Positions 1-7,858 of a stretch of 25,562 bases of DNA are shown in pieces. Position numbers and translations under genes: made by a program. The notes under the pieces are model-generated. The model ran no database searches, was not told where the DNA came from, and saw only the letters and a list, made by a program, of their open reading frames with translations. The DNA is taken from positions 1 to 25,562 of IMG/VR virus record IMGVR_UViG_3300020042_003743. The stretch is one strand, 5' to 3'. The stretch comes from a virus (Duplodnaviria; Caudoviricetes). The stretch's first letter is position 1. Each line of letters starts with the position of its first letter.

Positions 1-1
1 T

Positions 2-73
2 GTTAGCGGCGCGGGTGAGTTTCTGTTCCGCAAAACCGGCGACGCAGCGTACACCGTTTATCGCGTAGCTTAG
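2..73 (+). CDS. 3' end of a CDS (partial), probably capsid-associated/decoration protein
   Basis: Open frame VSGAGEFLFRKTGDAAYTVYRVA* ends at TAG 71-73, followed by a terminator and head-completion genes. Product inferred from position only. Confidence 0.55.
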   Translation, partial: VSGAGEFLFRKTGDAAYTVYRVA

Positions 74-79
74 TAACAA

Positions 80-113
80 CACCTCGCGGCGTAACAACCG
101 CGAGGTGGTTTTT
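80..113 (+). terminator. Rho-independent terminator
   Basis: Perfect 10-bp stem CACCTCGCGG (80-89) / CCGCGAGGTG (98-107), 8-nt loop, then GTTTTT. Confidence 0.8.
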
Positions 114-124
114 AAGGATTTAAT

Positions 125-298
125 ATGGTCATCTACTTGCGGCATCCCGTTCACGGTAACAAGGTCGCTATTGCAGAGGCCGAAGCTGAAGCGGATGAAA
201 AGAACGGTTGGGAACGCTTTGAACTGGGCGACCCCGAAAATGAGGTCAACGAATTAGCTAAACCTCGCGGCAGACCGCGTAAGGAGTTTGCGGAATGA
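125..298 (+). CDS. 57-aa small protein with C-terminal AT-hook-like motif
   Basis: Not in ORF track. AAGGA RBS at 114-118, ATG 125. MVIYLRHPVHGNKVAIAEAE...KPRGRPRKEFAE*; ATGA overlap with the next gene. Confidence 0.85.
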   Translation: MVIYLRHPVHGNKVAIAEAEAEADEKNGWERFELGDPENEVNELAKPRGRPRKEFAE

Positions 299-1008
299 CC
301 ACCACGGCTGGCGATCAGATCAACGGCGCGTTGCGGCTGATCGGTCAATTGGCCGAGGGCGAAACGCCATCGGCGGCAACGTCAGCCGATGCGCTGACCG
401 CGATGAACCAGATGCTGGATAGCTGGTCGTCTGAGCGTCTGTCCGTGTTCTCAACGCAAGACCAGGTATTTACTTGGCCTGCTAATACCGCAACACGCAC
501 TCTTGGGCCAACGGGTAATTTTGTGGGTAACCGTCCGGTATTGGTAGACGATTCAACGTATTTCCGCGACCCGTCCAACAACATCAGCTTTGGCATCAAG
601 CTGATAAACCAAGCACAGTACAACGGCATTGCGGTTAAGACCGTCACCAGCACCTACCCGCAGGTCATGTTTGTAAACATGACCATGTCCAATATAGAGA
701 TGACGATTTATCCGGTGCCGACTAAGGCGCTGGATTGGCATATTGTCAGCGTCAACGAGCTGGTCGAACCGGCTACGCTGGCGACCACGTTGGTGGTGCC
801 GCCGGGTTACCTGCGGGCTTTCCGGTTTAACCTGGCGTGCGAGATTGCCGCCGAGTTTGGCGTGGAGCCGCCGCCCCAAGTGCAACGGCTTGCGATGACT
901 AGCAAGCGCAACATCAAGCGCATCAACAACCCCGACGACGTTATGAGCTTGCCGTATTCCATCGTGGCGACTCGCCAGCGGTTCAATATTTATAGTGGGA
1001 ATTACTAA
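295..1008 (+). CDS. Head-tail adaptor / head completion protein (P22 gp4-like position)
   Basis: AAGGAG RBS. N-terminus (INGALRLIG...DALTAMNQMLDSW) and C-terminal helix (FNLACEIAAEFG) resemble podovirus adaptors; lies upstream of the gp10-like gene. Confidence 0.7.
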   Translation: MTTTAGDQINGALRLIGQLAEGETPSAATSADALTAMNQMLDSWSSERLSVFSTQDQVFTWPANTATRTLGPTGNFVGNRPVLVDDSTYFRDPSNNISFGIKLINQAQYNGIAVKTVTSTYPQVMFVNMTMSNIEMTIYPVPTKALDWHIVSVNELVEPATLATTLVVPPGYLRAFRFNLACEIAAEFGVEPPPQVQRLAMTSKRNIKRINNPDDVMSLPYSIVATRQRFNIYSGNY

Positions 1009-1009
1009 C

Positions 1010-1693
1010 ATGCCTAATATCGCAATTTCTGCTCTACCCGTTGCTACGGTTCAAGCTGGCGCCGATGTGTTGCCGATCGTGCAAGCCACGACCAGCACGA
1101 CTAAACAACTGTCGGTCACCAATCTATTCACCAGCCCGACGCTGGTTACGCCTGCACTGGGAACTGTTGCCAGCGGCAACATCAGTGCCTGCACCAGCAC
1201 CAGTATGGTAATGGTCACTCCCGTATTGGGAACGCCGACCAGCGGCAATTTGTCTAATTGCACTAGCACCTCGATGGTGTTGACCACACCGGTAATCGGT
1301 GCGGCAACCGGCACCAGCCTTAGCACAACGGGCAACCAGGTTATCAGCAGCACCGGCAAACAAGGCTACGCTACTGGTGCGGGTGGAACGGTTACGCAAG
1401 CCACCAGCAAAGCCACCGGCGTCACGTTGAGCAAATCAACCGGCCAGATTACGCTGAACAATGCGGCACTTGCCGCAGATACTACGGTCAGCTTTACGTT
1501 GACCAACACGGTGATTGAAGCTGGCGACATTTTAATTATGAATCACATTAGCGCAGGCACTGCGGGTTCGTACTTGCTCAATGCCCAGTCTGCTGCGGGC
1601 ACAGCCAGCATCAACGTGCGGAACATCACCGCCGGTTCGTTATCTGAAGCCATTGTGATTGCGTTTGCGGTCATCAAAGCGGTCACGGCGTAA
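1010..1693 (+). CDS. Virion fibre-like structural protein, Thr/Ser/Gly-rich (227 aa)
   Basis: ATG 1010 directly after upstream TAA (track start 995 is probably too long). N-terminal ISALP motif, 23-aa repeats, beta-rich C-terminal domain. Confidence 0.7.
   Translation: MPNIAISALPVATVQAGADVLPIVQATTSTTKQLSVTNLFTSPTLVTPALGTVASGNISACTSTSMVMVTPVLGTPTSGNLSNCTSTSMVLTTPVIGAATGTSLSTTGNQVISSTGKQGYATGAGGTVTQATSKATGVTLSKSTGQITLNNAALAADTTVSFTLTNTVIEAGDILIMNHISAGTAGSYLLNAQSAAGTASINVRNITAGSLSEAIVIAFAVIKAVTA
1148..1285 (+). repeat. Degenerate 69-bp (23-aa) intragenic tandem repeat
   Basis: TPALGTVASGNISACTSTSMVMV (1148) and TPVLGTPTSGNLSNCTSTSMVLT (1217); a third partial unit TPVIG starts at 1286. Confidence 0.8.
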
Positions 1694-3331
1694 TTGAAAA
1701 CGCCCATCCTTGGCGGCAGTTATGTCGCTCGGTCAATCAATGCGGCAGATAACCGCATGGTCAACCTGTTTCCCGAAGCGATACCGGAAGGTAGCGGCGG
1801 GAAAGAGGCGGGTTTCCTGCTGCGGTGTCCTGGCCTGCGCTTGGTGGCAACGGTTGGCGATGGCCCGATTCGCGGTCTGTGGGTAACCAACGGCATTGCC
1901 TACGTGGTGTCGGGCAGCGAGTTCTACAGCCTGACCACAAGCTACACGGCCACCCTGATCGGTTCTGTAACCGGCACAGGGCCGGTCAGCATGGCCGACA
2001 ACGGCACGCAACTATTCATTGCCTGTAACCCTGTCAGCTTCATCTACAACACGTCCACAGCGGTGTTTGGACAGATCACCGACGCGGACTTTCCCGGTGC
2101 GGGATCGGTTGGTTACCTTGATGGATATTTTGTATTCAACGAACCGGATTCGCAGAAGTTTTGGGTAACCAGTTTGCTTGATGGCACCTCAATTGACCCG
2201 TTGGACTTTGCCAGTGCTGAAGGCTATCCCGACAACGTAATTGCGTTGATCGTAGACCACCGCGAGATATTCCTGTTTGGGAATAATAGCGTTGAGGTCT
2301 GGTATGACGCTGGCACACCCGACTTTCCTTTGGCGCGGATTCAAGGTGCGTTCATGGAAGTGGGTTGTGCGGCGGCGTATTCTGTTGCCAAACTGGACAA
2401 CAGCGTGTTTTGGCTAGGCTCGGATGCCCGAGGCCGTGGGATTGTCTACCGCGCCAATGGATACACGCCCGCGCGGATCTCGACCAACGCAGTTGAATAC
2501 GCCATCCAGAGCTATGGCAACATTACAGACGCTATTGCCTACACATACCAGCAGGACGGTCACCCGTTCTATGTGCTGGTATTCCCGTCAGCCCAAGCAA
2601 CATGGGTGTATGACGTATCCACCCAGTTGTGGCACGAACGCGCAGGATTTGAAAACGGAGAATTTACACGGCACCGTAGCAATTGCCAAATGGCGTTTAA
2701 CAGCGAAGTTGTGGTTGGCGACTACGCGGACGGGCGGCTGTATGCTTTTGATCTGGACGTTTACGCCGATGACGACCAAACGCAAAAGTGGTTGCGGTCA
2801 TGGCGGGCGCTGGCAACCGGGCAGAATAACCTTAAGCGCACTGCACACCACAGTCTACAGCTCGACGCCGAAACGGGTGTTGGGCTTAACGCTTATCCGG
2901 CTTACGATGGTGAAGATTTAGCCACCGAATCCGGCGACATCATTGTGGCCGAGTTTGTGCAGGGTTATCTGACTACGCAAGCCGGTGACCAGTTAGTCAC
3001 TGAGGCCAACGACGGTAACGAACCGCTAGTGACGCAAGTGCAACCCGCCGAGGACTACAACGGCTATGCGCTGGAAACGGAAGCCTACACTGCGGCGCCG
3101 GGTTACGATCCGCAGGTCATGCTGCGCTGGTCGGACGACGCGGGGCATACCTGGTCAAACGAACACTGGAACTCGATGGGCAAAATCGGCACCTACGGCA
3201 CCCGCACTATCTGGCGGCGGCTCGGCATGACCGAGAAAATCCGCGACAGGGTGTATGAAGTGTCCGGCACCGATCCGGTCAAGATCGCCATCATGGGCGC
3301 AGAGTTGTTTGTCACGCCAACGAGTAGCTAG
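1694..3331 (+). CDS. Tail hub / packaged-DNA stabilisation protein (P22 gp10-like)
   Basis: 545 aa, TTG start abutting upstream TAA. Motifs LDGYFVF, FASAEGYPD, TWVYD...WHER, PQVMLRWSDDAGHTWS, IWRRLG typical of the gp10 family; synteny. Confidence 0.88.
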   Translation: MKTPILGGSYVARSINAADNRMVNLFPEAIPEGSGGKEAGFLLRCPGLRLVATVGDGPIRGLWVTNGIAYVVSGSEFYSLTTSYTATLIGSVTGTGPVSMADNGTQLFIACNPVSFIYNTSTAVFGQITDADFPGAGSVGYLDGYFVFNEPDSQKFWVTSLLDGTSIDPLDFASAEGYPDNVIALIVDHREIFLFGNNSVEVWYDAGTPDFPLARIQGAFMEVGCAAAYSVAKLDNSVFWLGSDARGRGIVYRANGYTPARISTNAVEYAIQSYGNITDAIAYTYQQDGHPFYVLVFPSAQATWVYDVSTQLWHERAGFENGEFTRHRSNCQMAFNSEVVVGDYADGRLYAFDLDVYADDDQTQKWLRSWRALATGQNNLKRTAHHSLQLDAETGVGLNAYPAYDGEDLATESGDIIVAEFVQGYLTTQAGDQLVTEANDGNEPLVTQVQPAEDYNGYALETEAYTAAPGYDPQVMLRWSDDAGHTWSNEHWNSMGKIGTYGTRTIWRRLGMTEKIRDRVYEVSGTDPVKIAIMGAELFVTPTSS

Positions 3332-5331
3332 TGGCCGAACTCAACATTACCAATATCCCCGCGCCTCGGGTGCCGTTCGTAGACGAGCGCACCGGCTTAA
3401 TGGCGCGGGAGTGGTATCGGTTTTTTCTTAACCTGTTTGTCCTGACCGGCAGCGGCAATAACCCCATCACGCTGGAGGAACTGCAACTTGGGCCACCCAA
3501 CCAGCCTGACCTAGCTGAGCTGCTGATTCAGATCAATCAGAACATCGCCCCGCAATACGAGGATCAATCGGGCGACTTTCTAGCCACGCTCGACACCGCG
3601 CAGCTCATGTCAATGATGTCGCGGTTTGAAAACGCTGAAGCCGCTATCCAGGGGGCTTACCTCCAGCCGGTTGTGCAGACCGGCACCATTGCCAACTACA
3701 ACCTCGACAACAGCCCGACGGCGGGCGGCATAGTCTACGGCACCGGCCCCGCGCTGGCGGTCAGTGCGGCAGGCACATTGGGCCAAGTGCTGACCAGCGG
3801 CGGTGCTGGTGCGCCGACATGGGTTACCGATGGCGGCGGCACCGTGACTACTGTATCTGTGGTGTCGGCCAACGGGCTGGCGGGAACCGTGGCAACCGCA
3901 ACGACAACCCCGGCGATCACGCTGTCCACGACCGTCACCGGCCTGCTGAAAGGCAACGGCACTGCAATCAGCGCAGCCACCAGCGGCACCGACTACGCCC
4001 CCGCGACCAGCGGCACCTCAATCCTCTACGGTAACGGATTGGGCGGGTTTAACAACGTCACGATAGGAACTGGCGTTGCCTTTACCGCCGGAACGCTGTC
4101 CGCAACCGGTTCGGGCGGCACCGTGACCAGTGTTGCCGCGTTAACTCTTGGCACGACCGGCACAGACCTGTCTAGCACCGTGGCAAACGGCACGACCACG
4201 CCGGTTATCACACTTCAAGTTCCAACCGCTTCGGCATCTAATCGCGGGGCGTTGAGTGCTGCGGATTGGACGACCTTTAACAACAAGGGATCGGGATCGG
4301 TTACCAGCGTAGCGCAGTCCTTTACCGGCGGCTTGATTTCGGTTGCTGGATCACCAATCACCACATCCGGCACGCTGGCCTTGACGGTTGCAGGCACAAG
4401 CGGCGGCATCCCTTACTTCAGCAGCAGCACAACCTGGGCAACAAGCGCGTTGCTGACCAACAACGCAATCATGCTTGGCGGCGGTGCAGCAGCAGCGCCC
4501 AAAACAACAACGACCGGCACCGGCGTGGTCACCGCGCTTGGCGTGAACACCGGCACTGCTGGCGCGTTTGTAGTCAACGGCGGCGCTCTCGGCACACCGT
4601 CCAGCGGCACAGTCACGAACCTAACCGGCACCGCCAGCATTAACATTAATGGAACGGTTGGGGCTACAACGCCCAGCACTGGTTCATTCACAACCGTACT
4701 GACCAGCGGTCAAGTCAGGATAACCGGCGCAATATCCACAAATGCCACGGGCCTTACTTTTGGGTATAACGGATCTAGCGTATCGGTAGTTGGCGCGTGG
4801 GGCGCTAATAGCGTTACGCGAGGCATACTTTCTTTTTACTTGTCTGATTCGGCGGGGGGGATTGGCAACGAATACATGCGCCTTAGCGATACGGGTCTAA
4901 GTGCAACCGGCGTTGTGACGTTTTCTAATTATGGCGTTGGCACAGCAACGTTTAGCGCCGCAGGTGTTATTTCTTCCGTTTCAGATGAAACGTGGAAAGT
5001 TAAAGACGGTGCGCCGGTCGATCCGGATGCCATGCTTAACAAGCTAGAACCGGGCTACTGGTATTACAACGACGAGAAAAAAGAAACTTTTGGTAAAGAC
5101 CGTCAGCTTGGTTTTTACGCACAGAATGTCAACGCTGCAATTGGGCCAGAGGCTGCGCCGGAACCAGAAACATTTACCACAAAAAATACTGATGGAACCG
5201 AAACAATCGCTACAAAACCGTGGGGCTATTACGATCGGTCTGTGCTTGCGGTAACAGTCATGTCGCTTAAAAAAGCGTTAGCAACGATTGAGTCATTGAC
5301 TGCCAGAATCACGGCATTAGAATCAAAATAA
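3331..5331 (+). CDS. Tail needle/fibre protein with C-terminal intramolecular chaperone (peptidase S74-like)
   Basis: GTG start overlaps upstream TAG. Gly/Thr-rich shaft with GTVTSV modules; SDETWK autocleavage-like motif at 4981; GFYAQNV motif and terminal coiled coil. Confidence 0.85.
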   Translation: MAELNITNIPAPRVPFVDERTGLMAREWYRFFLNLFVLTGSGNNPITLEELQLGPPNQPDLAELLIQINQNIAPQYEDQSGDFLATLDTAQLMSMMSRFENAEAAIQGAYLQPVVQTGTIANYNLDNSPTAGGIVYGTGPALAVSAAGTLGQVLTSGGAGAPTWVTDGGGTVTTVSVVSANGLAGTVATATTTPAITLSTTVTGLLKGNGTAISAATSGTDYAPATSGTSILYGNGLGGFNNVTIGTGVAFTAGTLSATGSGGTVTSVAALTLGTTGTDLSSTVANGTTTPVITLQVPTASASNRGALSAADWTTFNNKGSGSVTSVAQSFTGGLISVAGSPITTSGTLALTVAGTSGGIPYFSSSTTWATSALLTNNAIMLGGGAAAAPKTTTTGTGVVTALGVNTGTAGAFVVNGGALGTPSSGTVTNLTGTASININGTVGATTPSTGSFTTVLTSGQVRITGAISTNATGLTFGYNGSSVSVVGAWGANSVTRGILSFYLSDSAGGIGNEYMRLSDTGLSATGVVTFSNYGVGTATFSAAGVISSVSDETWKVKDGAPVDPDAMLNKLEPGYWYYNDEKKETFGKDRQLGFYAQNVNAAIGPEAAPEPETFTTKNTDGTETIATKPWGYYDRSVLAVTVMSLKKALATIESLTARITALESK

Positions 5332-5350
5332 TCCGAAAAATGGAGTAATT

Positions 5351-5461
5351 ATGAGCGTATCACTATCTTTATTTGCCGGTGCTGGAGGAGGAGGTTTAAC
5401 CTTAGCTCCAATAGACACTTTGTTTTCAATAATGATTTCTGCTACTTATAGAACAGCATAA
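5351..5461 (+). pseudogene. 36-codon ORF, probable internally deleted tail-fibre/adaptor gene remnant
   Basis: GGAG RBS at 5342-5345. MSVSLSLFAGAGGGGLTLAPIDTLFSIMISATYRTA*; the first 12 aa resemble the N-terminus of ORF 6977 (MSNVNLSAFGGVG). Confidence 0.55.
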
Positions 5462-5470
5462 AGGCACATC

Positions 5471-6952
5471 ATGTCGCTTACAAAAGTTTCTTACTCAATG
5501 ATTGATGCAGCCCCGATTAACGTGGCTGATTATGGTGCAACTGGTGACGGAACAACAGATGACACGGTTGCCATCCAAGCCGCTTTTAATGCTGTTTCTG
5601 CAACAGGCGGCACAATCGTTTTTGAGCCAGGTAAAACCTACATGATTGATGGGTCTTATTTGCCTATTCAAACTTTGTTTGGTGGCGTAAAACCTAAAAG
5701 CGGAACCATCATTCAAGGAAACAGCGCCAAATTAAAAGTTATTACAAGTTCAGCTACGGGCTATTGCGTATTAAATTTAAATGCCGTCAGCAACATAGCT
5801 ATAAACGATTTAAATATTGAGGGTGATGTAGGTCGTCATATTGGAACCACTGGCGAATTTGGTCACGGCTTGATGATCATGGGTTGTGATAACGTTGTGT
5901 TGAATAATTTATTTATTACATTATGTTGGGGCGATGCGGTTTTGTTTTCCGAGTATGTTCGCGTAAATGGAAATACAAATGTAGATGTTAATAATTGCGA
6001 ATTTGTAGATTGCCGCCGACAGGGAGTTTCAGTTATTGACTTGAGCAACGGAACATTTATTGGCTGTTCCTTCCGAAACATTGGCGCTACTGCCCTTACA
6101 TCACCCGCAGCAGGCGTTGACCTTGAGCCTGATTATGTTGGCGCTCAAGCAAGTAATTTAACGTTTGTTGGATGTACTTTTAACAACAACAATAGCCACG
6201 GATTTATTGCTGGTTCTACGGTTAATGTAGTCGAAAACATCCGAATAATTGGTTGTTCATTTTATAACAATGGCGCATCTGCAATTACCGCAAATTCAGT
6301 CGGTGCAACCGCAAAAATGCGTAACGTGTTTGAGATTATTAGCTGCGACATTAAAGGCCAAGTTTTAGTAGACAACTGTAAAATTATTGGCGGTCAAATT
6401 ATTCTTGAAGAAATTTATACCAACAGCCAATATGCAGTTGAATCAGTTGCAGACTTGCCTTTCCAAATGATTGGAACATCTGTTTTTGTAACCGGAACAC
6501 GTAGAGCAGCATTTATCGGTGGCGCTACATCCGAATCAAGCAGAAAACTGGTGCAAAATTGCAAGTTTAATCAGGACAACAACACATTGCCCGATCTTGA
6601 CCAATGGGCTGCAATGGGTGGGTTTATTACATTAGACAATTGTCAAATGACCAGAACTGGTGCAGCGCCAGCAACGGGGTACAACTTTCAAGGAGCCGCA
6701 GATTTTACTGGTTTTGACGCAAAAATGGTCAATTGCTATCTTGACCCAAAGCTGGCGGTCGGCTTTGCACAAGACGGACTCATGGTGCGTGTTGCTCAAC
6801 GAGGGTGGGCTTCTGCTGCCCCAACCACCGGCACCTACTCCGTAGGTCAAATTGTATTAAATTCAACTCCAGCGTCTGCTGGGTTTATTGGTTTTGTCTG
6901 CACTGTTGCTGGAACTCCAGGAACGTGGAGAACATTTGGATTAATCTCTTAA
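5471..6952 (+). CDS. Tailspike / polysaccharide depolymerase, pectate-lyase-like right-handed beta-helix
   Basis: NVADYGATGDGTTDDTVAIQAA entry motif, Asn/Cys-ladder repeats, GVDLEP motif, C-terminal APTTGTY...VCTVAGTPGTW module. Visibly AT-richer than flanks. Confidence 0.88.
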   Translation: MSLTKVSYSMIDAAPINVADYGATGDGTTDDTVAIQAAFNAVSATGGTIVFEPGKTYMIDGSYLPIQTLFGGVKPKSGTIIQGNSAKLKVITSSATGYCVLNLNAVSNIAINDLNIEGDVGRHIGTTGEFGHGLMIMGCDNVVLNNLFITLCWGDAVLFSEYVRVNGNTNVDVNNCEFVDCRRQGVSVIDLSNGTFIGCSFRNIGATALTSPAAGVDLEPDYVGAQASNLTFVGCTFNNNNSHGFIAGSTVNVVENIRIIGCSFYNNGASAITANSVGATAKMRNVFEIISCDIKGQVLVDNCKIIGGQIILEEIYTNSQYAVESVADLPFQMIGTSVFVTGTRRAAFIGGATSESSRKLVQNCKFNQDNNTLPDLDQWAAMGGFITLDNCQMTRTGAAPATGYNFQGAADFTGFDAKMVNCYLDPKLAVGFAQDGLMVRVAQRGWASAAPTTGTYSVGQIVLNSTPASAGFIGFVCTVAGTPGTWRTFGLIS

Positions 6953-6976
6953 AACCAAAACCTAAGAGGAACTACC

Positions 6977-7468
6977 ATGAGCAACGTAAACCTTTCAGCC
7001 TTTGGTGGCGTCGGCTGGCAATTCTTTGACAACAACGGCGCACCGCTGGCCGGTGGGTTGATCTATACCTACGCGGCTGGCACCACGACACCGCAAGAAA
7101 CTTACACGACCAGCGCGGGAACCGTAGCGCACCCCAACCCGATTGTGCTGAACTCCGCAGGGCGAGTGCCGGGTGGTGAGATTTGGTTGCTTCCCACTAG
7201 CTACAAGTTTATTTTGCAAACCTCGGCAGCGGTGTTGATTGCAACTTACGACAATGTCACCAGCGGGTTGGTGCAAGCAATTGCCAACTTTACCGGCAAT
7301 GGCACAACGGTTAGTTTTAGCCTGGGCAACGCGGTTAATGAAAACAACACAAACGTCTACATCAACGGTGTCTACCAACAGAAAAACACTTACTCAATGA
7401 GTGGATCTAGCATAGTGTTTTCAACCGCGCCGCCGACAACTTCAACCATCGAAGTCAGTTTCACCTAG
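6977..7468 (+). CDS. Putative tailspike/fibre attachment (adaptor) protein
   Basis: GAGGA RBS. QFFDNNGAPLAGGLIYTYAAGTTTP virion-anchor-like N-domain plus FTGNGTT...VYINGVYQ beta domain; no catalytic body. Confidence 0.65.
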   Translation: MSNVNLSAFGGVGWQFFDNNGAPLAGGLIYTYAAGTTTPQETYTTSAGTVAHPNPIVLNSAGRVPGGEIWLLPTSYKFILQTSAAVLIATYDNVTSGLVQAIANFTGNGTTVSFSLGNAVNENNTNVYINGVYQQKNTYSMSGSSIVFSTAPPTTSTIEVSFT

Positions 7469-7480
7469 CAGGAGTCAACC

Positions 7481-7816
7481 ATGACCGTAACCGTAAAAGT
7501 TCTCATCCCCGCCAAGACCGCAGAGGCCAGTCAAACCACGCAATACACGGCCACCAACGTCACCACGATCATCGACAAGTTCACGGCAACCAACTTCAGC
7601 GCCACGGCGGCGACCTTGAGCGTGAATCTGGTCACCGCCGCTGACACGGCGGGCAATCAGAACTTGATTACCAAGACCAAGACGCTGGTGGCAAGCGAGG
7701 TATATACTTTCCCCGAGATTGTCGGCCAAGTGCTGATGGCAAGCGGATTTATCTCCACCATCGCGGGCACTGCGTCAGCCATCAACATTCGCGCTTCAGG
7801 GCGGGAGGTGTCGTAA
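7481..7816 (+). CDS. Hypothetical virion protein (111 aa, beta-rich)
   Basis: AGGAG RBS, phage-like codon use, position in tail operon. Confidence 0.75.
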   Translation: MTVTVKVLIPAKTAEASQTTQYTATNVTTIIDKFTATNFSATAATLSVNLVTAADTAGNQNLITKTKTLVASEVYTFPEIVGQVLMASGFISTIAGTASAINIRASGREVS

Positions 7817-7858
7817 TGAACACATTACCTTTTGTTTCGGCGTTAGCGGGAGATTGAT

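Noticed and set aside
84-97. 14-mer TCGCGGCGTAACAA also present in repeat A (19739, 20079)
   Set aside because: About one exact 14-mer pair is expected by chance in 25 kb, and the contexts differ (hairpin arm/loop versus stop codon).
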